Positions 19,801 through 28,167 of a stretch of 64,000 nt of DNA are shown here, in pieces. A model generated the notes under the pieces. The model did not search any database, had not been told where the DNA came from, and saw only the letters and a list, made by a program, of their open reading frames with translations. Numbering within the stretch: position 1 is the stretch's first letter; each line of letters starts with the position of its first letter. This DNA comes from a virus. The stretch is from the IMG/VR virus record IMGVR_UViG_3300047160_007939, positions 1-64,000 of that record. One strand, 5' to 3'. The position numbers and the translations under genes are program-made.

Positions 19801-20582
19801 ATAAACGCATCCGGCTCACCCACCGGCAAGCCGGTATTCGGATCCCGCTGCCAAACTACGCGACCCTCGGGCGTCGGCGTCCCTTTGCCTACTGCTTTCC
19901 CCCGCTTCCCAATCCACTCGGAGAAGTACTCCCCGTAGTGTTCGCCGTAAAACAGCTCGTCCATCGCGCGCCCGTTCTCACGGTCGCCCATGACGTGCAA
20001 CATATTGTCGAGAAAGTGACCCCACTCGTGGGCTACCGTGTCGCCGCCCATCCCGCGAGGCTGTATCTCGATCTGGACATCAGCCGGTCTATAACGACCC
20101 AGCCACTTCATTGCCGGGTCGCCGACGAACTTGAGCGCGAGGCGATGGTTCAGCCCGATGACGCTCTGCGGCATCCCCACCGCATCCGCGATGTCATCCA
20201 GTTCACCGCGTACCGCCGCCAACCGCTTCTGACCAGCCGGCGTCGTGGTGTCGGGTCCGATGTCCAGCTCACGAAGATCGTAGGGCAGATAACCTGCCTC
20301 TTCCGTCTGCCGATGCTTCTCATCCTCATCCAGTTGCTGCAAGAAAGCGTCCCGCCGCTGCGCCATCTCCCTGGCGTATTCGTCCGCATCCTGACGCGCC
20401 GGCTTCGCTTCCTGCGCCTTCCGGTTGTTCGGCAGGAGGAAGTGCATCCGGTGGAAGGTCGGAACGTGCCGGCCCGGTAGCGTCCGGTCGTGCTGGCCGG
20501 CTTTCCGCTCTTCGCTGTAACCGTGGACCCAGACGAGCTTGCCGTGCCGCCGTGCCCAATAGCCCTGGATTTCGGTGCTCAC
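13770..20582 (-). CDS. large polyvalent (DarB-like) protein: zincin/LPD1 + ART-like + DarA-C-like + SNF2 helicase
   Basis: AHEWGH with TEMWSRAF..YPQG (LPD1-like); YHYHAT..IAARGL..YFT (ART fold); YGMRYR..FPRELTKDE (DarA C-terminal-like); GPGSGKT, DEAHE, GMNFQ, QIIARALRFGQ (SF2/SNF2). Confidence 0.75.
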   Translation of the reverse strand: MSTEIQGYWARRHGKLVWVHGYSEERKAGQHDRTLPGRHVPTFHRMHFLLPNNRKAQEAKPARQDADEYAREMAQRRDAFLQQLDEDEKHRQTEEAGYLPYDLRELDIGPDTTTPAGQKRLAAVRGELDDIADAVGMPQSVIGLNHRLALKFVGDPAMKWLGRYRPADVQIEIQPRGMGGDTVAHEWGHFLDNMLHVMGDRENGRAMDELFYGEHYGEYFSEWIGKRGKAVGKGTPTPEGRVVWQRDPNTGLPVGEPDAFIHLERVARDSIEVAAAGVVKAIRQEKYEVDPKDSFLIDKKPKTMAGWARARKVNVRYYTDPTEMWSRAFAAYVDDKKHAAKGTPLITEGRFYPQGLARKRINKAFDNLFAVMRRDEFFEKAMPAMLAKAMMPAVHTLTRAQYADWLEKNELSKPPPRRRGVDPVKWKANIQEAIDHARGKVKTLSPGNVLGYDSMAAASRRDAAAKKERAKPKKAGLDFDTHGRVYYGPEHPDTINTGFRPAIASIRHAGKPARYAVSTEEGMRQHFGTASRAVKAGKRVSTLGSGHHRLRVYPTQAGAEADYKARVAAVPTAKQLREQEMAGTVTPELRKLYGKSFGRPTAKTQGEAGYHYHATVEEYLPDIAARGLQTHRPSFGTDQSSWPDGSTERRNYFTRNAGIAYSFAAGEGPSVLLRVHERNHPMRRESTGDTYSTKTVPAKHLEVLGDDGNWSPLLTHFPQQHPPRLHHPMQLTLPFEKAMKEKPEHRAPDDGPNPAEAKWWVAGRNKVFYPAFYNPLTQRLRIVEPDTVGPAEGEDLTDDDRPNMRLSNEPLSKGMLWDEDYHGPRWRYGMRYRDFSQLPFSLQGEAVVQVGGRKHPNYPSFGTVDFPRELTKDEARKTELEFVEHIPGKVQKALARPWQRLLWHRANASDIAEGLCNVRLFKAAIDPREFCPHCGARQERGDDGKCNRCRKFWPEVAKAVAAPPTTAPPPSPASQKPKVVTKKIGGGTSGPGKARQPKGHGWLSKLEIAQMNLKWVTVHPEGPGTEGQPVLVHDDGRGNLTVVGGAGGAMNQMVLHGGDRYFSGKQAEEQKQKRKAGKEEQAAAAAAAAEEKPEEFRRLEALRMQAKGEAEKHTAALSEMTQKLTGEQMGDLEKRIREEAAKVAQQIYGQAGEQTPRDYLNDLRNKDEKTKTPDQKKAQKVLEGLEARKDPVLDQKGLEGQAGVDIAEFQKEAEQQARAEAHAEGQRLLGQMIDQLADQIQRGEKPGGTMRVNIAGTEREVTFSGGDMMKTAQELASVATKRAQERAIVRALNTGRYDVVQGITDEVLAKDPSDAEVQKWIAETAINRASVRANTKLVHDASQASTLRQTRSQAQGATDALNGIVNDAIGAAIINPDIASVLGPEGTARVAAAYMREQGVNTAGKAEEIGARIKQTNYAAAVSALQTASELRHIGDVAMRSAATKMPITADASGKQFGSAAEVEAAAKAAGLEPKQFNVTRSGTSYAMEVIGDPGIQKAQEAGLKGVGEPADVTFAQAGVVARTMGAERLRRLNVARGEMRAAADLAQYLRYDPKEPLVIPGGSTVVETLQRAKELGLREGDYTWAKEAGEYADRYQILVKPASVTRLARPQTLATSQRAVEKHELVENLRDRMDTLGPAAYSNPDLQDGTEMGADGKPIKAVSLRPHQILGVEAIKKFKHEILNYGPGSGKTAIYYAAMSEMLHENPKMRGVMTMPAKPRAQQKNYKADDWVADAGPNGQGGWVTNTKTGEKQKFLKDDVANRIAVVNSGLQLKKAIERVNAGEQNFIVMSPELMRDHIKDLKDNGFMEPTGTAFFGDEAHEYATALGDKQSEKAKTAREFANSEYVVLGSGTLVQKSGSELYSLVNDFIAPKQLGSKTRFNAQWERLARQQASGGGEFTPEKVSALKQMLSPYMVSYHTPPTREGGHGELVQADQNLRIVPTTPAVREKVIEVNKQFEQALASPDPKKRAEAALVRDGKVNRILLNSVVDQVVDDVQKVINSPTKAGDQTLPGRVIVWSQEIGPNSPLTAFKRELKKRIGDEAAKFVSVTGKDSDRATQDAARKMNDFSSDTPGVTISNAANYGMNFQGASHIFMMGLPSVEQRQIIARALRFGQRRDVVHAANYITDHLFHTLMSRRTLGEREASVSLLEDLQDKPLTMSAQPKQPAGQPAAKSMARRNDSVGLTIQQEKNREKTRRALLSDETGAGKILLRHWHTIVQAAKGETNAADAESFGPHRLNFFLGKSAGKSGQAHCSRRCHFAFSRRAA

Positions 20583-23500
20583 TGGAGGATGAACCGCATC
20601 GGCCTTTTGGCCTGGAGTACCAGGTTCTTGCCGAGCACCTGCCTCAAGAACGGGAGGTTCGGCGTTGCCTCAAGCCGCGCCGCACCCGTGAGAGGGCCTG
20701 CAATACTTCGCTTTGTTCCGGCATCAGGCCAGCTCGCTCCAGGCGTCGGACTGTAGAGAGCATCTCTTGCGGACTGAACAGCCGCCTCTTCTCCGGCGGC
20801 GATGGCTCGCTTGCTGGTGATCTTGACGCCGAGCCGTTTTGCGGCTTCGGCGATGAGGTGCTTCTTGTTGACATATTCCACTCCATCAGGGTAGGAGAGT
20901 GAGCTGACGTTCGCGCCCAGCACGCCCCAGAGCTTCTGCTCGTAGTACCAGAGCGCCGCCTGCACCGCTGCCGTGGGTACGGCCTTCTTACCTTTGGCTT
21001 GCCGGATCCGGTTCACCTCGGAAGTCACCTCGCGGAGCGTCTCGCGCATCGCCTCGCGCTCGGTGGAGAGCGGGTCGCCGACAGGCCGCTCGGAGACTTC
21101 CATCGGCCACTCCTTCTTCGGCGTCTTCGCGTGCCCCGCGCGTGCCTGGATGTCGCCACGGTCGGATGCCACCTCGGTCACGTCTCCCAGGTAGCGCCGC
21201 CAGGAGCGCGTGAACCAGAGGTCGGCGGTCAGCGGCTCGTAGTTGCCGGTGAGGTTCTGGAAGAAGGTCCCACCCTTCGGGCCGAACATCATCGAACCGT
21301 AGACCTGCCCGTTGAAGACCTCCGTCTCCCTCGGGTCGATCTTCCCTTCCGCGCCGCCCGCTTCCGCCCGGAGCGCCTCGACTTCTGCGACCGGGTGCAT
21401 CGTCTTCATCCAGTTATAGGCTCCCTCGATCCCTCCTTCACGCTGGATTAACAGGCGGAGATACTTCAGGTTCACCTTCGTACCGGGCCGGTAGCCGTAG
21501 CCTTTCTTCTTGCCGGTGGGCTTGCCGGCCACGATCTGGCTCGCCTCCTGCTCGACGGGCAGCGGCGCGTTCGGATCCTTCTTCAGCGCGGCCATATAGT
21601 CGCGGAACACGTTGTCGGCGTTGTTGAAATTGGTCTTCGGGTCCGCGCCGTAAGAGGTGGGAGCGAGCAGCATCAGGTAGAGCTTCACCAGCTCCGGGTG
21701 GCCCTGCATCTCCGGGTAGACCTGGGGCAGCCGGTCGAGCACGTACTGCATATCCTTCCTGTACCAGTTCTCGCCGCTGTGCTCCTGGTCGAGCTGCCAG
21801 AGGATGTCGGGAACCATCTTCGGGACCATGTACTCGGCAATCTCCTCCGGCGACGAAGAGACTTCCTTTTCCACCATCCGCTTGTTCTTACGGCCTACCT
21901 CGACCTCGGCCATGTGCGGCAGGATGTAGGTCCGCGCGCCGACCCTGAAGATGTGTCGCCCGTAGAGGTCCCTGGCTTCCTGCTCGATGTAGCGGGCCGT
22001 GTCTTCCAGCCCGTAGGTGGCGGGACCGGCGAGCGCCTCGCGGAACGCCTGCGGCTCGTAGGGACGCCGCTCTCTCACCTCGGCGATCTGTTCGAGCTGG
22101 CCGATCTGCTCCTCGACACGGCTCGCCTCGGCTTCGCTCTTCGGCTTCTCACCCTTCGGGATGGGGAGCGTGGCGGGAGTAGCCGGCTCCCACGTCTCGG
22201 GATAGATCATCGCCGGCCCGCCGCGAGGGAGGAACTCAGCAGGCGGGACCTGCCGGAACTGCTGGCCGGCAGCAGTCTCCCGTACCCGGTGGCCGGGCGC
22301 GGATACCCACTCCACCGGGTAAAAGACGACCTTCCCGCTGGCGAGGGTCGCAGTGTGGGAGCGCCGCCGAACCTTCCGCCCTTTCCCTTCCAGGACGGCT
22401 TCCAGCTCTCCGGCGGCTTTGTAGACGAAGACGAAGCTCTTCGCCGCAGGCGTCAGGCCGAGCGAGGCTTCTTCGTGCTCGGCGGCTCCTGGCCCTCCCT
22501 GGTGCGCCGCCCACTCTTTTGGAGCGTATTGCTTGAAGGCGTCTTCGATCCAGGCTTCGACGGCTGGCCGAAACTGATCGTTGAGCCTTCGTGATAGATC
22601 GGGTCGTCCTCGCTGGCTAATCCGCGCCAAGTAAGCTTGCCCATCGGGATGCTCTTTCCAGTCGTTGTCGTAGAACTCGTAGAAGGTCCGAAAGACCACC
22701 GCATCGAGATGCAGGTCGAACTCCTCGGTGAGCTGCTTCGCGGTAGCTTTGAACTTGGCAACCTGCTCGTCGGTCCAGCGGTCGCCTGTATTTATTATAC
22801 GCAATCCAGGCTGTCCGTGAAAGCGGCAGGGAGCAAAACCCTGTGCAATTTCCGGGTCCAGCTCGTAGAGCCGGTTCCAGAACTTCTGCATCTTCTCGGG
22901 ATCCGCCAGCTCGTCGCCTTCCTGCTGCACGATCTGGATGCCGAGCGCCGGCCCGTGGGGGTCCGGGTCGTGGACCAGCACCGCCGACTGTTGCGCGAGG
23001 TAGCCGATGATGTCGGCTGCCGTGGCGACTTTATCAGCATTTCCGGCAAGCCGGAGCTGGCCCGAGGGGGTCACCGGGTAAGTCTCCCAGCCCCCTGGCC
23101 CGTAGATGTGGTCGATCCCCTTCGCTCCGCTCTCCTTCACCGCGACCGAGGCGATCCGGTCCATCACATGCCTCGTGATGTCCGCGCTCTGATTGTACGA
23201 GAGGTCGTAGAACGAAGGCAGGCTCGTGCCGTGCGTTGCGCCCTCGCCGGGAGCCAGCTCGAAGGACGCCACCGGCTTGTCGCTCTCCACTTCCTTCGAG
23301 TACGCCAGCCCACCGATGCCACCTCTCGTCCACTCTCCGCCACCGGGCCGGCCAGCCGGCAGGCGAGGCTGATCGCGCCAGTGGTCGCCGGCCTTCAGGA
23401 CGAAGCCCATCTGCCCTTTGAAGAGATACTGGCCCTGCTTCAATACGTGCTCTTTCAACTGCGGTGTCAGGTCGATGGAGTGGACGGTTTCGGCATCTGC

Positions 23501-26110
23501 GTGATACTGCGCTGCGTGCGCTCCGAGGTGACGGTAAGTCTCCGCCTGCCTCGCTGCTTCCCGCTCCGTGCTATACCAACCGACGCCTGCCGGTGTGCCC
23601 GCTCCCAGCCACTGCCCATTCCCGAGCTTCACTGCCCACCCGCTCTGTGTGAGGATCTTGCTCTCGCCGACCTTTCCACCCCACCGCTTGGTATACTTCG
23701 CCAGATACTCCGGCAGCATCTTGTCGTAGAAGCCCTTCATTCCCTCGCCGCCGACTTCCAAGCCTTCGGCTGGGACCGATACCTGATCCAACCCCGCTGC
23801 TTCGCGCTCTGCGAGCTGGGTCCGCAGGTCACCGGCTATAGCGTGCCCTACGTAGTCATCGAGCTGCGTGGGCTTCTCGATGGTGAACAGTTTGGGCGCG
23901 CTGCCATCCACCGGAAATACGGCCAGCTCGTAGACGCCGCGATGATACTCACGAGCATCCCCAGATCGCAGCTCCAGGGTCTTTGCAACCGCAGAGAGGC
24001 TGTAGCGTTTAGCCTGCTGTGAACCAGTCGTCCATGCCAGCCGGTCGAAGCCCTTCTCCGCTGCCCACCGGAGCATCCGCTTCATCACCAGCTCGTGCCA
24101 CGTCTTCTTGAAGGGCGCGTCGGGAACGAGGTCTTCTTTCGCACGGTTCTCTGCCTCAACCAGATTAACGCGCGCCGCCTCCGCCTCTCCCCTCGCGGAG
24201 TGATAGGCCGCGTAGACCGGCTGGTATTCATCCATCAGGCGAGCGTGCTCGGGACCATACTCCCTGATCGCTGTGCCGATGTCCGCTCTACCCCCGGCAT
24301 CGTGGACCTTCACCGCCGCCGCAACCGCCTCGGCGTGCGTGTCGTAAACTCCGATCCGCGCGTAGTTGTTGAGCTTGTCGAACACCTCCCACTGCGGATG
24401 CCGAAGGGCTTCCTCTCTGATCGCGTCGATCCGCTGCTTGAGTGGAGCCGCCGCCCAATAGCGCGTGGTCGCTTCTTGCAGCGCGGTCTTGGCCGTCTCG
24501 TAACGTGCCCTGGCTTCCTCTTCCGCCTTCGTCACGTCGCCGCGATAACCGCGCTCTCTACCCGCCTGATGCCAGTCGCTCTGCACCTCCTCCACGAGCA
24601 GCACCCGCTTGCCGTCGTCGCTCGGATGCTCTTTGAAGCGGACGTGGGCCAGGACGTTCTGCTCATTCCAATGCGGCGAGCCGTAGCCTACCTGGGTCTT
24701 CTCCCACGTTTCGGCCATCTTCGCGTTGAGCTGCTTCCACCTCGCCAGCTCTTTCGGGGTCATATTCCCTTCGCTGACGTTGCTCCCGTGCCGCCGCTTC
24801 AGCGTCTCTTTGAAGCGGTCCCTGGTCCGACGCGCGGTCATCGCCGCCGCATCGTGCCGGGACACGTCCAGGGTGAGCAGCAGCTCGTGGTAGTCCTTCC
24901 CGCCGGGCAGGGTGTAGGTGGCGTACTTCGGCTGGCCGGCTGTGCGCTCTTCCCGGTTGGCCTTCCGCTCGAAGCGCCGGAACTTCGCCCCTACCTCCAG
25001 GTAACGCTTCGTCGCTGCCGCCAGTACCGGCGGCATATCAGCCGGCAGAGCCTGCGCTCCCCCGAGAACAGTCAGCCGCCGGATGACGTTCCCCAGGTCG
25101 CCGATGTGCAGCGCCTCGCGGATCGCCGTGTCTTCGGGCTTCCAGCCGCCCATCCACGCCTCTTCGACCTGCTTGTGAAGGTCGCGGTAGGCTTTGTCCG
25201 ACGCCTCGCTGTAAGGGTTCTCCGCTGGCGTCGGCGGATACCGGTAGAGCACCTCATTCAGCCCCGGCTGTCCACCCTCGAAAGCCGCAATCACTCGCTC
25301 CTTCTCGATGGGTCCTTTCGCCTGGGATAGCAGTTCGTTAAGCCCTGCCTCTTCTATCTCCTCCTCGCGGACGCCAGCCCCCCGCAGCGTGGCTGCGATC
25401 TGCTGCGGGGAGCCGCGCTTCGGGAGCCGACTGGCCGCTACCTCGGCTCCGAAGGAGGTGAAGATAGGCGCTCGCCGGGTGTATCCGCGTACCTGGATGG
25501 GCCTGCCAGCCACGAGGCGCGTGTAGCCTTTGACCTGTCCTTTCAGGACGAAGCCCTTCACCAGCTTGCCCCGCTGGTACTGGCTCCAGAGGTCCAGGTT
25601 GTTGCGGCCCGGCGTCCGCATATCCGCCAGCGTCTGCGCCTCGGCATAGAAGCTGTCGTGCTCTTTCCCCAGCCGGCGGATGGCATCGAGCTGCGGCCCC
25701 GTCATCTGGGGTACGCCGGTCGCGTCCACCTGAAGCGTTCGCTCGTCGCCCTCCTGCACGCTGGAGAGCCGAACGAAGCCGTTCCGCTTCATCGCGTCCG
25801 TGCCGCGACTGCCGGTCGGCACACCAAGCGCGCTGCCCAGGTTATGGGCGATGTCGGTGTGGTGGGTCCTGCCGGAGAAGCTGCTGGCGTGCCCGCCGCC
25901 GAATACGTGTCCATCGGGAGAGACGAAGCCGGCCCAATAGCTGTGCCCGCTGGCCGGATGGCCGTAGGCCACTTTAATCGGGTCTGCTTCCCCGTACCGC
26001 TGGAGCGCCGCTTGGGTCGTCTTCGCCGGATCGTAGCCGGGGCCGGGAGGATCGAAGATGCCCTTTCGGAAGCGCCGCTTTCTCCGCCGGTTCTTCAGGA
26101 CGAACTTCAC
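20579..26110 (-). CDS. large polyvalent internal protein (LPD-type domain + HhH-glycosylase-like domain)
   Basis: LLVEEVQSDWHQ, DAPFKKTW, GMKGFYD block; C-terminal WY..LLAPTS..GPKGGTF..TADLW..VQAALW block. Confidence 0.65.
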   Translation of the reverse strand: MKFVLKNRRRKRRFRKGIFDPPGPGYDPAKTTQAALQRYGEADPIKVAYGHPASGHSYWAGFVSPDGHVFGGGHASSFSGRTHHTDIAHNLGSALGVPTGSRGTDAMKRNGFVRLSSVQEGDERTLQVDATGVPQMTGPQLDAIRRLGKEHDSFYAEAQTLADMRTPGRNNLDLWSQYQRGKLVKGFVLKGQVKGYTRLVAGRPIQVRGYTRRAPIFTSFGAEVAASRLPKRGSPQQIAATLRGAGVREEEIEEAGLNELLSQAKGPIEKERVIAAFEGGQPGLNEVLYRYPPTPAENPYSEASDKAYRDLHKQVEEAWMGGWKPEDTAIREALHIGDLGNVIRRLTVLGGAQALPADMPPVLAAATKRYLEVGAKFRRFERKANREERTAGQPKYATYTLPGGKDYHELLLTLDVSRHDAAAMTARRTRDRFKETLKRRHGSNVSEGNMTPKELARWKQLNAKMAETWEKTQVGYGSPHWNEQNVLAHVRFKEHPSDDGKRVLLVEEVQSDWHQAGRERGYRGDVTKAEEEARARYETAKTALQEATTRYWAAAPLKQRIDAIREEALRHPQWEVFDKLNNYARIGVYDTHAEAVAAAVKVHDAGGRADIGTAIREYGPEHARLMDEYQPVYAAYHSARGEAEAARVNLVEAENRAKEDLVPDAPFKKTWHELVMKRMLRWAAEKGFDRLAWTTGSQQAKRYSLSAVAKTLELRSGDAREYHRGVYELAVFPVDGSAPKLFTIEKPTQLDDYVGHAIAGDLRTQLAEREAAGLDQVSVPAEGLEVGGEGMKGFYDKMLPEYLAKYTKRWGGKVGESKILTQSGWAVKLGNGQWLGAGTPAGVGWYSTEREAARQAETYRHLGAHAAQYHADAETVHSIDLTPQLKEHVLKQGQYLFKGQMGFVLKAGDHWRDQPRLPAGRPGGGEWTRGGIGGLAYSKEVESDKPVASFELAPGEGATHGTSLPSFYDLSYNQSADITRHVMDRIASVAVKESGAKGIDHIYGPGGWETYPVTPSGQLRLAGNADKVATAADIIGYLAQQSAVLVHDPDPHGPALGIQIVQQEGDELADPEKMQKFWNRLYELDPEIAQGFAPCRFHGQPGLRIINTGDRWTDEQVAKFKATAKQLTEEFDLHLDAVVFRTFYEFYDNDWKEHPDGQAYLARISQRGRPDLSRRLNDQFRPAVEAWIEDAFKQYAPKEWAAHQGGPGAAEHEEASLGLTPAAKSFVFVYKAAGELEAVLEGKGRKVRRRSHTATLASGKVVFYPVEWVSAPGHRVRETAAGQQFRQVPPAEFLPRGGPAMIYPETWEPATPATLPIPKGEKPKSEAEASRVEEQIGQLEQIAEVRERRPYEPQAFREALAGPATYGLEDTARYIEQEARDLYGRHIFRVGARTYILPHMAEVEVGRKNKRMVEKEVSSSPEEIAEYMVPKMVPDILWQLDQEHSGENWYRKDMQYVLDRLPQVYPEMQGHPELVKLYLMLLAPTSYGADPKTNFNNADNVFRDYMAALKKDPNAPLPVEQEASQIVAGKPTGKKKGYGYRPGTKVNLKYLRLLIQREGGIEGAYNWMKTMHPVAEVEALRAEAGGAEGKIDPRETEVFNGQVYGSMMFGPKGGTFFQNLTGNYEPLTADLWFTRSWRRYLGDVTEVASDRGDIQARAGHAKTPKKEWPMEVSERPVGDPLSTEREAMRETLREVTSEVNRIRQAKGKKAVPTAAVQAALWYYEQKLWGVLGANVSSLSYPDGVEYVNKKHLIAEAAKRLGVKITSKRAIAAGEEAAVQSARDALYSPTPGASWPDAGTKRSIAGPLTGAARLEATPNLPFLRQVLGKNLVLQAKRPMRFILQ

Positions 26111-28161
26111 CGCTTCCCGCCTTTATTCCCAGGCCGAAACACGAACCGCATCCGGCTGTGCCCCTGGTGATGGCCGGCCAGCTTCCGCATCTTCTCCACC
26201 ACCTCGGTCCTGCCCATCTCGTCGTTCGGGTCGGTGGTCACCAGCTCCGATTGCAGGCCCTGCCACTCGCGGACGTGGTGGCGCATGTGGTAGTCGTGGG
26301 TGCGATTGTCCATCTTGTCGAAGGGATGCTCCCAATCTTCGTCCGCGACGGCCACCCTCGGCGGCAAGCCCCGCCTCTTGCTCTTAAATATCAGGCGCAT
26401 AGACTTCTCCGTGGCCGGCTTGGTCGGAATGCCCAGGTCCGAAGGTGAGAGGTCGCCGGGGATGTAGCCGGTACGATCGCCCACCGGCGGCTTCGGGACC
26501 TTTGCCCCGTTCCTCGGCCCGCTCCAGCGCACCACCCGTACCGGGACGTGAGAGATGCCGAGCGCGTGCGCGTTGGCAAGCCGGGTGTTCCCTTCGCCGA
26601 GGGTCGCCGTCTGATCGGCTTTGCCGTAGATCAGGATGAGCGGCTCTTTGATGCCTTCCTTCTTAATGCTCTCCCGCTGCTCGTGAAGCTGGCCCGGATA
26701 CTTCTCCTGCTCCTCGCGGTCAACATCGCGGTAACGGAGCATGTGCTCGGTGGGAACCATCTCCGTCGTCTCGTGCCACGGGTAGAATGGCCGGCTCCGT
26801 ATCTCTTTGTCTCTCGCTTCGTAGGCTGCCACCTGCTCCGGCGTCAGCGGCACAGCGACCCTGGTGGCCTTCTTGAGCGCCTCTCGCTCCAGACCCAGCG
26901 GGCTAGGTCCGTAGTGCGGCTTGTCGCCCGTCTGCTCGGCGTGTACGTCATCGTGGAGCGAAGCCAGATCACGGAGCGCCCGCTTCTGCCTGGAAGAGAC
27001 TTCCGGCCCGTGCTGGATGGCGATGCCGCGACCCCCAGGCATCCCGTTATCGAGCAGGGTCGGAAACATATAGGCCCTGGCAAAGCCGTGCTCGTGGACC
27101 AACCGGTGCTGCGGATCGGTCGCCCTGGAGAGACGGGTCGCCTCAAGCGCCTCGTGTGCCGATCCGTAGTGGCTGGGCACGTTGCCGGTGATGTCGCCTT
27201 CCGGTGTCAGCCAGATATGGGAGACGGCGCGTGGGCTGGAGAGCGCCTCGGGAAGTGTCTGCGTGCCGTACTTCCCCTTCATGTGCGCGACCAGCCGCTC
27301 CCTCTGATCGATGCTCTTCCGGTACTCGGGCTTGAGGTAGGAGCGAAGCCAGCCGCCCGGCATTCTCACCGTCTCGATCTTGTGGCCGTGCTTCTTTGAG
27401 TACTCCAGCAGCTCCTCGTGGGTAATGTAGCGTTTTCCGAACGCAGCCTGGGAGCTGTTGCCGAGCACCTCCATCCCCGAGGCGAGCGCGTGTGCGTGCC
27501 ACCTCGGTTCTGGGACACCAGCCTGGAAGGGAACCTTTACCTTCTTCCCCTCCTTCGTGGACACCATCAGCCCATCGAATACCGTGGTGTGCTCGTAGGG
27601 ACGCAGGCCGGAGTACTTATGGCCCGTCCCCGGCTTGAGATAGGCCAGGGTAAGGTGCGGTTGGTAGTCGGGATGGGTGTCGGTGTGGGGGAGGGCAGCG
27701 AGCGCCGCGTTCAGCCGGCGCAGGTCCAGCCCGTCCACGTCGATCTTCAGTACGTCGTGCTCGGGCTGCCGGAAGACGGACGTAGAGCCGAAGTGGACCT
27801 GAACCGGAGGAAAGCGGCTGGCAATCTTCGCCACATCCTCCGGCGAGCCGGAACGCAGCCCGTAGCGGACGGTGACGTGCGGCTCCTTCTCCAGCCCCCT
27901 ATCTGCTCGATCACCCTCCGCCACCACGCGCGCAGCCCACGCGCGAATGATGTCCGCGAGGGCTTCACCGCAATCAAGCTGGGTGGAAGCAAACTCATAC
28001 CGGCTCTTGAGTACGATCGCCTGCCGTACCCAGGCCGGCGTGATGATGCCGGCCAGCCGGCAGGACTTCGAGAGGAGCGGCGCAATGTCAGCGTAGCGAT
28101 TGCGCTCCCCCGGATACTCCTGGCAGCGGTTCAGGACTGCAAGCAGGACACTGGCGTTCAT
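26107..28161 (-). CDS. multidomain protein: 2H phosphoesterase (Acb1/gp57B-like) + ParB/Srx-like domain
   Basis: Paired HxT motifs PHVTVRYG and PHLTLAY; SIKKEGIKEPL..GEGNTRL..VPVRV. Confidence 0.7.
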   Translation of the reverse strand: MNASVLLAVLNRCQEYPGERNRYADIAPLLSKSCRLAGIITPAWVRQAIVLKSRYEFASTQLDCGEALADIIRAWAARVVAEGDRADRGLEKEPHVTVRYGLRSGSPEDVAKIASRFPPVQVHFGSTSVFRQPEHDVLKIDVDGLDLRRLNAALAALPHTDTHPDYQPHLTLAYLKPGTGHKYSGLRPYEHTTVFDGLMVSTKEGKKVKVPFQAGVPEPRWHAHALASGMEVLGNSSQAAFGKRYITHEELLEYSKKHGHKIETVRMPGGWLRSYLKPEYRKSIDQRERLVAHMKGKYGTQTLPEALSSPRAVSHIWLTPEGDITGNVPSHYGSAHEALEATRLSRATDPQHRLVHEHGFARAYMFPTLLDNGMPGGRGIAIQHGPEVSSRQKRALRDLASLHDDVHAEQTGDKPHYGPSPLGLEREALKKATRVAVPLTPEQVAAYEARDKEIRSRPFYPWHETTEMVPTEHMLRYRDVDREEQEKYPGQLHEQRESIKKEGIKEPLILIYGKADQTATLGEGNTRLANAHALGISHVPVRVVRWSGPRNGAKVPKPPVGDRTGYIPGDLSPSDLGIPTKPATEKSMRLIFKSKRRGLPPRVAVADEDWEHPFDKMDNRTHDYHMRHHVREWQGLQSELVTTDPNDEMGRTEVVEKMRKLAGHHQGHSRMRFVFRPGNKGGKR

Positions 28162-28167
28162 CCGTCA

